A stretch of DNA of 33,189 nucleotides from a virus (IMGVR_UViG_3300017784_007580:1-33189), one strand, 5' to 3'. Counted from the stretch's first letter, positions 18,808-29,756 are shown. The notes: generated by a model not told the origin, from the letters alone. Numbers and translations are program-made.

Positions 18808-21800
18808 AGATGTTTGGAGATAGTATGCTTTTACTAATAACTTTAAATGTATAATTAGCAGAAACAGTAGGATTAAAAGTTAATATATATTCTCCTGGAG
18901 ATGGATTGTAAATAGTTTCAAAATTAATTTCACCAATATTGAGATCACCAACAATTCCAAAAACAGTATTATTATCATAATTTTCAAAATGTGTTGAATT
19001 AATTTGAACTATAGACCTTTGTGTAGATAATCCTACAGATTTTTGAATTTCAATTATATATTTTGTTGCTGCAAATGATTGTGACACTGTTGAAATTGAA
19101 ACAGGACTTGATCCAGAATAAATTAACAGTTCACTTGAAATACTACTAAATTGATTGTTAATTTTATTTACAGGAACATAAGTATTTGTTAATAAATTTA
19201 AATTAGTGAATACTGTTACTCCCAAGCCAACTGGTGGTGTAAATGTAAATTGAATGTTTCCACCACTAGTAGTTATTCCAAAAACTCCTAAGTTTCTAGT
19301 TACTTGTTCTGCATATACATTTACATTAATTATATTATTTACATCTTTAGTAAATGACAATTCAAAAGCATTTTCTACTCTATTGGGTGTAGAAGAAATA
19401 CCAATTAATGCTGTTCCTGAAGTACATTCTGATAGTGGAATTGTATAAAATATATTTGTGCTTGGTGTTGGGGTTTCAGCATATGTTTCTGTTTTTTCTA
19501 CACTCTTAACATATCCAAATGAAGTTGTTGCAACTCCTACAGCAGTACTAGTAACATCTTTAATTGCTCGTATTGAATAACTATTAAAAATATTTCTAGG
19601 TGAAAAATTAATTACAATATCATCTCCAGTTGTTGAGCTTGTTTCTGCAATAATAGTTCCTAATGGAAAATTAACTAATCCACTTTCAGTATAAAAATTA
19701 TAATAATATGCATATGATGTTAAATTAATTAAATTATTATTTCTAGTTACAAACAAATCAAAAACTTGAGGTTCAGTGAATATACCAAAGAAAGAAACAG
19801 TTGCTGCAACAAATATAAAATATTTTAGTACAATGGAATCTGCTGAGGTATTTATAGTATCAATAGGAACTAATACAAAAGGAGAATTGTCAGTATCAAA
19901 TAAATTTGAAATATCATCTATAGAAAGAACTCTATTTTCTTTGGATAATATGAAATCTGATAGTTTTTTAGTTCCAAATTTAAGATACTCTGAATATACC
20001 CCATCACTATCATCAATGTCCTCCTCAATAACTAAATCAAAGTTTGAAATAGTAGTAACATCAACTTCTGAAGTTAAAATTATATTTACTGTGGAACTAG
20101 ACTCTGATTTAACAAATAGTGTAGATCCCATACCTACAGGTAGCTTTGATTCTACACTAAGATCTCCAAACTGCTTATATCCAGACACATGAGCAAGATC
20201 TGATATAATTGGTGTCCAATCTGTAAATGATTTTCTACTTTTTAATGAATATGAAAAATTTTGGTAATAATCATTATTTTGGAGTTTTTGTACTATTGAT
20301 GATAAGTTTCCTCTAAAATTTTTCCAACCAACAGTTTCAGATACACTAGAATCTATTTTAAATGATGCTTGGAAATTTTCTATTTCAAATATTGTTCCTC
20401 TAGAATTTGAAGAATTTCCGGTAATTATATCATTTACTAATAGTCCAGAAGAATCATGTAATTTTATAATATTTGCAATAGGATCGTTTTCTATATTATT
20501 GAGTATTTCTGAATTTAAAATGGATTCATTATTATAAAATTCACTTGCAATTAATGTTGGAGTAATTTTTGCAATATCATCATAATTTATTATTGTTGCA
20601 TCATATGTTTCATCGACATCAAAAACTCCAGGAAAAGTATTAATTTCATATCTCACTACTGCAGAATCTGGAGATCCTAAATTTGGATTTGTAAATGTTA
20701 CTACAAATGGGATATATGCATAATCTTTACTATTAAATCCACTTCCAGCATCACTAATTATATTTTCTATAAAAATTTCATCTCCTACAATGATTGGAAG
20801 TGGATTTTCTGTTGAAAATCCAACTATAGGTGTTTCTAAAGTAAGACTTACTACAAATGGACCAATTCCAGTAACTGTAGCATTTAAAATTTTAATTCCA
20901 TTACTATTATTAATAACTACAATTTCATCGTCAGTTGATTTTAAATTTGATGTAGGATCTAATATTTTAACACTATCAATAGTAGTATTTTTTAAAATTG
21001 CTATAGCAGAAAATTCAGTATTGATTGTATTTGTAGTTCTATTATATAATTTAATATTTGGTGGATTTAAATATTTTCTACCAGGTTCAAGTATAGTTAA
21101 ACTTCCTACACTAAAATTATTTTTTAATTTTATGGTGGAAAATACTTTAGACACTGGAGATAATGTTATATCAGTAGGGAATGTTGTTTCAGTATTGAGA
21201 ACCTTAATATTTTTAATTCTACCAATTTCACTACTTAATGGAAATAAATTTGCACCCTTTCCTAAATTTGATGTTATTTTACTTACGCTTGGTAGTTTTT
21301 TATAATTTAATCCACCATAAATTAATCTTATACTTTGAATTGCTCCTTTAACTCCACTATCCAACACATAGTAATTCAAACTTGAATTTGTATTACTATA
21401 GCTAAATCTTTCTGGGAATACTGGAAGGTTGTATTTAAATGTATTAGTTGTAATTCCAATTACTGTACTTAAAATTTCATAACGACTATCATTTATTTTT
21501 AAAGTATTATTTTGATTTACTGTGGTATCTGGGTAAATTTCATCTGAAGTTGTTATGTTAGTTAAATTATAGTATAATGTCTTTGGCGTTAAATTTGAAA
21601 TTTGTAAAGTTAATGCTACATTAGTTTTTATTACTTCAATTCCTTCAGTTTGATTTCCAAAATAAGAATTTCCAAAGAAATCATCAGTATAAAGATTAAA
21701 ATCCTTACCAACTAAACTTGGTGAAGTGGTGTCAAATATAACAATTTCATTTGAATATAAATCTAACTTTGGATTAGTTTCAGAATTTATAGTAACTCTT

Positions 21801-24800
21801 TTTGTTATTGTAGAGTATCCTACATTATATGTTGTAGTAATTCCAGAAACTACATTAATCTCTACATTATTATCAATTGATAGTCCATGACTTGATGCTG
21901 TAGAAACATTTACTGTACATTGACTTACTACTCCTGTTAGTACATTTCTGTTAGTTTTAAAATTATGTAAATTTCCAGTTCCAACTGCATTATACCTTAA
22001 AATATTTGCCCTATTATTAATATCTTTTTTATCCTGAACTAGTCCAATTACATCTGGAGATAATTTAACTATGTATAAATTTGGTAATATATTCAAATTT
22101 CCAGCATTTGATACTATTGTAGACTGATTTGTAGTATAAGTTACTTGCTCCCCATGTATAAATTTATTATTTGGTAATAATATTCCACCATTTTCAACAA
22201 ATTGTGTAATTGATTTTCCAAGTCCTAATGGAAATATTGTTAGTGTATTTCCAGCACCAACACTTACACTTACCCCAAGAGAAATTGATTGTGTTGGATT
22301 GAAGTAATATTTATCATCATAGGCAACTATTGGAGTTTTGATGTTATTATAACTAAATGTGAACTTATTTACACTATCAGAAACTGTAGTGCTCACTGCA
22401 TATCCAGGAGAACCAGATTCTCTTAATACATTAAGTATTCTATTTTCTACATCAATACCAATGACATTCATAGTTTCATTTCCAATCTTTAATTTATCGT
22501 CTACATCATAATTTGATAGTGGTGATTTTACTTGAATTCCAGTAATAATTCCAGTTACTGTAGTAGATGGTAATGCTAATGTTAATTTTGTAGTTGGATA
22601 TTCTACATTAATCTTTCTAAATCCTTCAAGGAATGAATATTCTGATGTGGAAATTCCACTAATACTTACAAATGTCTGATCTGAAAAATTGTGAGCAATA
22701 GTACAAACTCCAATTACTCCTGTAGGAATTGATCTAAACTTAACATCTATAAAAGTAGTAATGCCTGAAGTTATTGTAACTATACCAACTCCTAAAACTT
22801 TATCTACTACAGCAAATGCACCTAAACCTTGATTTTGATCTTCTGTAAATTTAATTTGATCTCCAACTTCGTAATTTTGCCCCCCATCTTCAACATCAAC
22901 ACTTGTAATTTTTCCAGTAGAAGCAGAAGTAATCAAAGCATCTGTTTTATTTTCACTTGTTAATAAATTAAAGTATTCATAATAATTTGATTTATCATCA
23001 ACTCTATATGGTTTAGTGTATTTGAGTATTCCAAGATTATTAAAATTTAGATCTTGATTATGACTTAATTGAAAATTTTCTATAGTGGGAACATTATTAT
23101 AAGTAGTTCCAATTACATATGGATATTGTGGAATATTATTTGCATCTACAGTACAAAAATATGCATAAATTCCATCAGGATATTCTGGAGTAACACAAAA
23201 TCTACCATTATGAATATCTAATGTTCCAGTATTTGTAAATACATAATCTTCAATACAGTCTAAAATTGGTGGACTAATTTTATTTCTAGTATATCCACTT
23301 CTCATTCTAACTATTTGTCCAGATCCATCTGTTTTTTCTTGAGCATATGGACCATATATTGGACATCCATCATATGCCCATCCAACAATGGGGGAGTGTT
23401 TATTTTGATTAATATTAAATTGATTTTGTAGATTTGAATCTAAAAAAAATGTTCCAAAAACATTTCCAAATAATGAATACCTTTTTCCAAAAAGAACTCC
23501 ATTACTAAGATTTGAAATTCCCAATCTTGTAACTTCATTAATGTTCCATTCTGTTAAATTTGCTTTTACATTTAAATTTGTACCTTTATCTAGTATAGTA
23601 ATTGTAGTGTCTGTAACTGCATACCCAACTCCACGAGAAACTACAGTAACATCTGTGATTTGGCCATTAGTAACCTCTGGAAAAATTATAGCTCCATAAC
23701 CTTGTCCAAAAACTTTTAATTCAAAATTATTAAAATAGTTTTGTCCAGATGTTTTAACTATAACATCTATAATTTTTCCATCTTCTATAATTGGAAAAAA
23801 TGTAGCATCACTTCCAATGTAAGGTTCAATTCTAGGATGCTTATGGAAGTTTATAGTATTTTGTGACCCTAAAGATGTCCTTGCAGGTTGTGCAAGACCC
23901 CTTTGCACTTCTATCCCAGTAATGTATCCCTCAACAACAGGAACAATTGTTGCTTGGAATCCTGATGCAGTTGATGATGTATTTTTAATTTTACCATTAA
24001 CTGTTACTTGAATTGGTGGATATTCTACAAAATAAGTTGTTGCAAAATCAACACTCAAAATATTGAGAATATTGATCCCAGATATATCTGTAGTTAATCT
24101 AAATCTATGATCATCTAATTTGTCTATAAAATAAATTTTATTAGGGGTTGCACCACTCAAATAAGTTCCCAATACTGTAATTATTACTTTTTCTTTAGAT
24201 TTAAATCCATGATTAGTACTTGTAAAGATATTATCATATATGTTAATATCTTCTGGACCAAAAGATAATTTTTTATATTCAAAATTCAAATTTTGTTTTT
24301 GTGGTGTAACTTCAGATATAATTTGAATTTTTGTTAAAGATTTAAATTGTTGAATTCCACCACCAGTTGTTCTAATATTTACAAAATTACTTCCAGATAT
24401 TGCATCTTCCTTATTTGTTGCTAATTTGATAGATGTTCCAGCTCCAATATTTACAGCGTAATATACTCCATTATTTAAGAGTGTACCATCTCCAGAAGTT
24501 GTTCCAATTCCAATAGGAATAGTTCCAAAAGTTTCATATACTATTTCTTCACCAGTAATAAATCCATGAGCATTTTTGAATCTAAATTCATTGAATACAG
24601 TATTGACAACAGTATCTTTAGTTGTAGAGTTAAACTCTAATTCTCTAAAAATATTTTTCATCTTTACTTGAGCTGATACCTTTTCATTATTTCCACCATC
24701 AATTGTGATTGTTGGAACATCTTGATAATCATATCCTGGATTTGTTATTACTAGACCCTTCAATTCTCCTTTCATCTGAGGTATCAATACTGTTTCAGTA

Positions 24801-27133
24801 TCTTCATCATTTACATTATTAAAAATTCTAAATTTAGGTGGAGTAACTAAACTATAATCAATTCCCCCATCTAAAATATCTACACTTTCAATTTTCCCAA
24901 AATAAATATAATCAAAAGATTTATAATTTTGAATTTCAACTCCATTTGCAAAAATTCCAACTGGACCTGGATTTGTTGATATTTTGTTTCTTTCAAATGA
25001 TAATATTTTTGGAATTTTTTTAAAAATTTTTGATGATGCAAAATTATTTCCAAATAATGGAGAGCTAATTAACGATAAATTGGAAATAGATCCTGAAAAA
25101 TTATCTTCAATATTGTATTCAGAAAATGCAATTGAAGAAATTCCTATAGAATTTCTGTTTTCTGATAGTCCAATTATGTTTGGACCTAATTTAGAAACAA
25201 AATAAGTCTTTCCAGTAGAAATCCCAACATCATTTCTAAATGTTCCTGTTATTCCATATTCTACTACTTTAACTGATTCTCCAGTAATAAAATTATGAGG
25301 TCCAGTTAAAGTAGCTCCAGTTTCTCCACCTACAATAAATTCAAATTGTCTAGTATATGGATTAATTTCATATGATGGAAGTCCATTTGATGTTATATAA
25401 TTGTAATTATTATCAGAATAAGCATCTTGTATATTTGCAGTATATTTGTTTTGAATATCATTGAAGAATCTAGTAAAAGGAATTGCCTTTGTTTTTTTTA
25501 AATTTCTTCTAAATAAAACTTCTTTCCCTAAAATACTAGAGTCTAAAATTTGTTGAGTACTGAATTCATTAAATAAATTAGCAGATACTTGTAGGTTTGA
25601 ATTTTGTAATTGATATTCTCCAAGATTCTTGACAAATAGATCTACTGTATCTCCATTTCGTAAATTGTGATTATATTTTGATAATGAAAGTCCATTTGAT
25701 ATAGCAAATCCCTGACGTTCAGAATTTCTTATTGCTGGTGTTATTGAATTTACTGCTTTACCTGAATATATTGAAATTGGATGGTTGAATATTAAAGACT
25801 TTACAAAAACATTACTATCAACATTACCAATATTATCAATTTTAATTGGATCATTATCTACTGCATATAAAGTTTCTTGAGAATCAATTTTAGATATAAC
25901 ATTATTTAAAGTTAAAATTACTTTTTTTGTAATATCACCATCTTCATATGAATAGACATAATTAGTAGAATATACTTCAGATTTTCTACTAAGTTCACTT
26001 TCAATTGATTGTGTTGTAGAACCTAAAGAAACTACATTTAAAAATTGATTATTAGTTTTATCTGAATATGTATAAGTATTTTCACCAACAATAAGTCTTC
26101 CAGTTTGTGCAAATCCTACAGTAGAGTCTACAAAAATTGTAGTTGATCCTATAGAAACATTTTCTACTGCATATGTTTTATATGTTGGAACAAAGATTCC
26201 TGAGATTGATCCTTTTGGATTCAAGTTGTTTGAATATCCTGAAAAAATTCTAAGTTTATAATAAGTTTCGTTATTCAATCTAAAAGATTCTACCTCATAT
26301 ATGGACCCACTTGCTGAAAAAATATTAGGATTATATGGATCAGAATCTTGATATAATGTCTGCCCTGTTAGTTTATATGGATTTCCTGAAATTAAATCAC
26401 AAATAAAAGTTTCAGTTACTACCCAACTATCATCTGATGGAGTAAAACAAAATTCTATGGGTTTAATTATTTTTACAGGTTCTCCATATAATACTTTAAA
26501 TAAAATTTTATAAGATTCATCAGTACCTTTTGATTGGTAAAATGTTTTTACTTTGCTAATAAAATTTTGTGGATTTACTTCAGGATCAAAGTCTATTTCT
26601 TCAAATCCTGGAGAAAATTGAGTTTTTAATTTTTTAAAAAATTCAACTAAAAATAAATTGCTTAAGTTATATACTAAATCATCTGTAGTGTGATTGTTAG
26701 CTTCTGTAGTTTTAAATACTAAAAACTCTGAGATATTATTTTGATTTAGTGAATCTACTCCACTAAATCCTCTAATGCATCCTGTAAATGTATTTGTAGT
26801 TATTCCAGTATATGTAATAATTTCATCATTGATCTTAATTAATCCATATGTTTGTGGGTATCCTTTAGTTGTAGTTACTGAAACTACATCATCAAAGATT
26901 TCAACATCAGAAGTTAATTCAGTATATGGTATTAAATTTTCTGAATCTAAAGATGAAAAGTTTTTGTATGTTGATAAATTTTCAGCAAGATCTACTACCC
27001 CACCTTGAAATTCTTGGGATATGTAGTATTGTTTTAAAAATTCTACAAAATTTGGATTATCATCTATAATAAACTCAGGAATTTGATTTTGAACAATATC
27101 GCTAATATTAACTAATTTATTATCTTGATTCAT
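18806..27133 (-). CDS. gp7: Baseplate wedge initiator, gp7-like (2775 aa), with YHYH-like and repeat domains
   Basis: IVQNQIPEFI...FVEFLKQYY, FYQSKGTDESYKILFKVLYG, LQNNDYYQNFSYSLKS...HVSG motifs; follows gp6. Confidence 0.85.
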   Translation of the reverse strand: MNQDNKLVNISDIVQNQIPEFIIDDNPNFVEFLKQYYISQEFQGGVVDLAENLSTYKNFSSLDSENLIPYTELTSDVEIFDDVVSVTTTKGYPQTYGLIKINDEIITYTGITTNTFTGCIRGFSGVDSLNQNNISEFLVFKTTEANNHTTDDLVYNLSNLFLVEFFKKLKTQFSPGFEEIDFDPEVNPQNFISKVKTFYQSKGTDESYKILFKVLYGEPVKIIKPIEFCFTPSDDSWVVTETFICDLISGNPYKLTGQTLYQDSDPYNPNIFSASGSIYEVESFRLNNETYYKLRIFSGYSNNLNPKGSISGIFVPTYKTYAVENVSIGSTTIFVDSTVGFAQTGRLIVGENTYTYSDKTNNQFLNVVSLGSTTQSIESELSRKSEVYSTNYVYSYEDGDITKKVILTLNNVISKIDSQETLYAVDNDPIKIDNIGNVDSNVFVKSLIFNHPISIYSGKAVNSITPAIRNSERQGFAISNGLSLSKYNHNLRNGDTVDLFVKNLGEYQLQNSNLQVSANLFNEFSTQQILDSSILGKEVLFRRNLKKTKAIPFTRFFNDIQNKYTANIQDAYSDNNYNYITSNGLPSYEINPYTRQFEFIVGGETGATLTGPHNFITGESVKVVEYGITGTFRNDVGISTGKTYFVSKLGPNIIGLSENRNSIGISSIAFSEYNIEDNFSGSISNLSLISSPLFGNNFASSKIFKKIPKILSFERNKISTNPGPVGIFANGVEIQNYKSFDYIYFGKIESVDILDGGIDYSLVTPPKFRIFNNVNDEDTETVLIPQMKGELKGLVITNPGYDYQDVPTITIDGGNNEKVSAQVKMKNIFRELEFNSTTKDTVVNTVFNEFRFKNAHGFITGEEIVYETFGTIPIGIGTTSGDGTLLNNGVYYAVNIGAGTSIKLATNKEDAISGSNFVNIRTTGGGIQQFKSLTKIQIISEVTPQKQNLNFEYKKLSFGPEDINIYDNIFTSTNHGFKSKEKVIITVLGTYLSGATPNKIYFIDKLDDHRFRLTTDISGINILNILSVDFATTYFVEYPPIQVTVNGKIKNTSSTASGFQATIVPVVEGYITGIEVQRGLAQPARTSLGSQNTINFHKHPRIEPYIGSDATFFPIIEDGKIIDVIVKTSGQNYFNNFELKVFGQGYGAIIFPEVTNGQITDVTVVSRGVGYAVTDTTITILDKGTNLNVKANLTEWNINEVTRLGISNLSNGVLFGKRYSLFGNVFGTFFLDSNLQNQFNINQNKHSPIVGWAYDGCPIYGPYAQEKTDGSGQIVRMRSGYTRNKISPPILDCIEDYVFTNTGTLDIHNGRFCVTPEYPDGIYAYFCTVDANNIPQYPYVIGTTYNNVPTIENFQLSHNQDLNFNNLGILKYTKPYRVDDKSNYYEYFNLLTSENKTDALITSASTGKITSVDVEDGGQNYEVGDQIKFTEDQNQGLGAFAVVDKVLGVGIVTITSGITTFIDVKFRSIPTGVIGVCTIAHNFSDQTFVSISGISTSEYSFLEGFRKINVEYPTTKLTLALPSTTVTGIITGIQVKSPLSNYDVDDKLKIGNETMNVIGIDVENRILNVLRESGSPGYAVSTTVSDSVNKFTFSYNNIKTPIVAYDDKYYFNPTQSISLGVSVSVGAGNTLTIFPLGLGKSITQFVENGGILLPNNKFIHGEQVTYTTNQSTIVSNAGNLNILPNLYIVKLSPDVIGLVQDKKDINNRANILRYNAVGTGNLHNFKTNRNVLTGVVSQCTVNVSTASSHGLSIDNNVEINVVSGITTTYNVGYSTITKRVTINSETNPKLDLYSNEIVIFDTTSPSLVGKDFNLYTDDFFGNSYFGNQTEGIEVIKTNVALTLQISNLTPKTLYYNLTNITTSDEIYPDTTVNQNNTLKINDSRYEILSTVIGITTNTFKYNLPVFPERFSYSNTNSSLNYYVLDSGVKGAIQSIRLIYGGLNYKKLPSVSKITSNLGKGANLFPLSSEIGRIKNIKVLNTETTFPTDITLSPVSKVFSTIKLKNNFSVGSLTILEPGRKYLNPPNIKLYNRTTNTINTEFSAIAILKNTTIDSVKILDPTSNLKSTDDEIVVINNSNGIKILNATVTGIGPFVVSLTLETPIVGFSTENPLPIIVGDEIFIENIISDAGSGFNSKDYAYIPFVVTFTNPNLGSPDSAVVRYEINTFPGVFDVDETYDATIINYDDIAKITPTLIASEFYNNESILNSEILNNIENDPIANIIKLHDSSGLLVNDIITGNSSNSRGTIFEIENFQASFKIDSSVSETVGWKNFRGNLSSIVQKLQNNDYYQNFSYSLKSRKSFTDWTPIISDLAHVSGYKQFGDLSVESKLPVGMGSTLFVKSESSSTVNIILTSEVDVTTISNFDLVIEEDIDDSDGVYSEYLKFGTKKLSDFILSKENRVLSIDDISNLFDTDNSPFVLVPIDTINTSADSIVLKYFIFVAATVSFFGIFTEPQVFDLFVTRNNNLINLTSYAYYYNFYTESGLVNFPLGTIIAETSSTTGDDIVINFSPRNIFNSYSIRAIKDVTSTAVGVATTSFGYVKSVEKTETYAETPTPSTNIFYTIPLSECTSGTALIGISSTPNRVENAFELSFTKDVNNIINVNVYAEQVTRNLGVFGITTSGGNIQFTFTPPVGLGVTVFTNLNLLTNTYVPVNKINNQFSSISSELLIYSGSSPVSISTVSQSFAATKYIIEIQKSVGLSTQRSIVQINSTHFENYDNNTVFGIVGDLNIGEINFETIYNPSPGEYILTFNPTVSANYTFKVISKSILSPNI

Positions 27134-27134
27134 T

Positions 27135-29018
27135 TTAACTTCTTACTTTAATTTCTGTTGGATAGCTTGACTCTGAAATAAATCTACTGCCAGATGCATT
27201 TTCACCAGAAGAAATAATATCTTTAACCATACTCAAATTACTCTTACCAACATCTAATTTTAGATAAATTGTTTTTTTTGCAACTATATCATTTGAATCT
27301 GGATTTGCTTCAATCTCTATAATATTACTTGGTAACACTGTGGAAGATACATTTATATTATCTATATTGATTTTACCATCAACATAATTGACAGTACCAA
27401 CATTTTGGTTTACTATAGTCTGAGTTTCTCCAGATAATGAAAATAGATAAAGCTTTCCAGTTCTTAAGTCTACATTTGGTAGATCTGAAATGTAGACTTT
27501 ATCTGAAACTCCATTAATATAAAATCCAGAACTACGAATATTATATCCAAGAGGAGATGCTAAAAATCTATTTTCAAAGCAAACTTCATATTGTGTTGGA
27601 TTATCTATAATCACACCAACATTCCTTCTGATTTTAACTTTTGTTATGTTTGATGTAATTGAATTGTTTGTTGAGTCTATGATTCTAAGAACTTTACTAT
27701 ATTTAAATCTTCCACCAAATTTATTAAGGTCAGTAGAGTCAGCATAGGTTTGGAGAGAATTTGAAATTTGAGTATTTAAATCACTAGAAGCACCAATAAA
27801 ATTTGAATTATAATAAATGGTAGAGTCTAACTCAACATATAATACATTAACATCAACAAATTTAATTTGAATTCCAGCAATTGAATATTTTTTTAATGAA
27901 TTAATTAAAAAATCTTTAGTTTGTTGTGATAGATAATCTGAATTTTTTGGTTTTGCTGCAACAAAAACTCTACCAAATTCAGGTGGAATTAATTCTTCAC
28001 CACCATATGCAGTAATAGATTCTATGTTTGGATATATTGAAGGTATTAAAGCCTCATAATCTGATGCTGTGACTGCCCTGTACTGAGTTGAATATAATCT
28101 TGGGGCATAATACCTCACTGATTCAATTGACTGTATGTCATCCCCATTAGATGCAGGTTCATCAGTAACTATAATCCCAATATTAGCTCCAATATTTGCT
28201 CCAGTATTACTTACTATAGTTCCTGAAAATGTAAAGTTTGTAGCACCATTACCAGATTTACCATTTGTAGTAATGTATGTTACTTCAATTTGATTATTAT
28301 TACTTAATTTTTTTCCAAAGATACCATCACCAAAGAAAATTTCATATCTTTCATCTGAAATTTCTTGAACTAAAAAGATAGTTGAATTTGTGTCAATATT
28401 GAGAATATTATCTACTGGGATATATTCAGTGGAAGTTGTAGATTGTGAAGTATCTTTTACAATTACACGAATTGTAGAGGTATCTATGTAAGGATTTGGT
28501 AAAATATACTTTTGATTTGGTTGTGATGTATCTACTACAAATGTTTTTTTCAGTAATGTTCCTTCATAAATTTCAATTTCAGAGAATGTAGCTTCTTGAT
28601 TTGAAATTCCAACAGTAATGTCTTCTGGAGTTGTAAAAATATATGTTGTATTATCTAAATTACCTGTACATACTATTCCTTTTTGTAATGTTGCAGTTTT
28701 ATATGTTGAATTTATGTCTGCTAGTATAAAATTTATTTTAGCTTTTGCTGCTCTTCTTGATAATGGAACATATCCAATATTTCTTGCTAAAGATACTACA
28801 TTCTCTCTCAATGTTGCACTGTCAATGAAAGACTCATTAACTACCATATTGGTGTTAAATGCAGTCAAATAAGTATTATATGCAAGTATATCAATTAAAA
28901 CTGAGAAGTTTGATCCTTCAAAATCAAAATCAGTAAATGTTGAATTTGCTCTTAAATAATCTTTAATTGATGCCCTAACCTGATCAAAATCTAGATTAGT
29001 ATACTGAGTAAGTGCCAT
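27135..29018 (-). CDS. gp6: Baseplate wedge subunit
   Basis: LDFDQVR...FTDFDFEGSNFSVLIDILAYNT, SATLRENVVSLARNIGY, RAVTASDY motifs. Confidence 0.95.
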   Translation of the reverse strand: MALTQYTNLDFDQVRASIKDYLRANSTFTDFDFEGSNFSVLIDILAYNTYLTAFNTNMVVNESFIDSATLRENVVSLARNIGYVPLSRRAAKAKINFILADINSTYKTATLQKGIVCTGNLDNTTYIFTTPEDITVGISNQEATFSEIEIYEGTLLKKTFVVDTSQPNQKYILPNPYIDTSTIRVIVKDTSQSTTSTEYIPVDNILNIDTNSTIFLVQEISDERYEIFFGDGIFGKKLSNNNQIEVTYITTNGKSGNGATNFTFSGTIVSNTGANIGANIGIIVTDEPASNGDDIQSIESVRYYAPRLYSTQYRAVTASDYEALIPSIYPNIESITAYGGEELIPPEFGRVFVAAKPKNSDYLSQQTKDFLINSLKKYSIAGIQIKFVDVNVLYVELDSTIYYNSNFIGASSDLNTQISNSLQTYADSTDLNKFGGRFKYSKVLRIIDSTNNSITSNITKVKIRRNVGVIIDNPTQYEVCFENRFLASPLGYNIRSSGFYINGVSDKVYISDLPNVDLRTGKLYLFSLSGETQTIVNQNVGTVNYVDGKINIDNINVSSTVLPSNIIEIEANPDSNDIVAKKTIYLKLDVGKSNLSMVKDIISSGENASGSRFISESSYPTEIKVRS

Positions 29019-29422
29019 TAGTATCTAGTTGGTTGTAATATGAAATTAATTGATTGTCTTTGTATATTTAAACCAATAATATCATATTCAATATTAATAT
29101 CCATAGAATTATCTTCAGGGTAAAGATTAACTCCAACAAAAGTAACTTTAACTCTAGGTTCAAAATTATTAATGACTGTTTTTATTTCTTCTTCAATTGG
29201 ATCTATGATTCCAATATCAACAAGTTCAAAAAAGTAATCTTCAACTTTAGATCCTAAAAATGAATTAAAAAATCTTTCACCAACTTTAGTTCTAATCAAA
29301 TTAATGACAGATCGTTTGATTGCATCTTCATTTAATAATGAACTTAAGTCATTAGTAATTGGATTTCTTTTGAAGGAAAGACTAATATCTCTAAATCCTC
29401 TAGAAATAGATTCTAATGGCAC
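29018..29422 (-). CDS. gp25: Baseplate wedge subunit
   Basis: FRDISLSF, NEDAIKRSVINLIRT..GERFF, INNFEPRV; start placed at GTG 29422 (PLESIS...) rather than TTG 29434. Confidence 0.93.
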   Translation of the reverse strand: MPLESISRGFRDISLSFKRNPITNDLSSLLNEDAIKRSVINLIRTKVGERFFNSFLGSKVEDYFFELVDIGIIDPIEEEIKTVINNFEPRVKVTFVGVNLYPEDNSMDINIEYDIIGLNIQRQSINFILQPTRY

Positions 29423-29437
29423 GTTAGGTTGCAATAT

Positions 29438-29680
29438 TTACATATATTTATTGCACTTTCCATAAATTGGTTCAGTTCCATACTCCCAATCATCATAATC
29501 GTCATCATTTCTGATTTTTTCATGCAAATCATTAGCAGAATCAAACTTTTTAGTCTTCATAAGCAATTCATCATGCATAACTTCTTGAATTAAGTCACTA
29601 GAATCTTGATTTGGTGTTGAATTTTTGGTTTTCCACAAATCATGCATCAATTTTTGTGGATTATGTGTTGGTGTTGTCAT
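29438..29680 (-). CDS. Hypothetical protein (80 aa)
   Basis: AGGAG RBS; acidic C-terminus LHEKIRNDDDYDDWEYGTEP; position upstream of gp25. Confidence 0.8.
   Translation of the reverse strand: MTTPTHNPQKLMHDLWKTKNSTPNQDSSDLIQEVMHDELLMKTKKFDSANDLHEKIRNDDDYDDWEYGTEPIYGKCNKYM
29445..29452 (-). promoter_or_regulatory. Late promoter for gp25
   Basis: AATAAATA, with a second GTAAATA at 29435-29441. Confidence 0.6.
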
Positions 29681-29687
29681 TTAAAAC

Positions 29688-29732
29688 TCCTGATTTTAGT
29701 AAATCAGAACTTTTTGAGGGGTTGCTATCCCT
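29688..29732 (-). promoter_or_regulatory. Two-hairpin 5' leader; second stem covers the SD
   Basis: AGGG-AUAGCAAC-CCCU and UUCUGAUUU-ACUA-AAAUCAGGA, the latter overlapping AGGAG. Confidence 0.55.
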
Positions 29733-29748
29733 AATTTAAGTAAAAAAC

Positions 29749-29756
29749 TATTTATT
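29749..29756 (-). promoter_or_regulatory. Late promoter upstream of the structured leader
   Basis: AATAAATA immediately after the stop of the 169-aa ORF. Confidence 0.6.
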
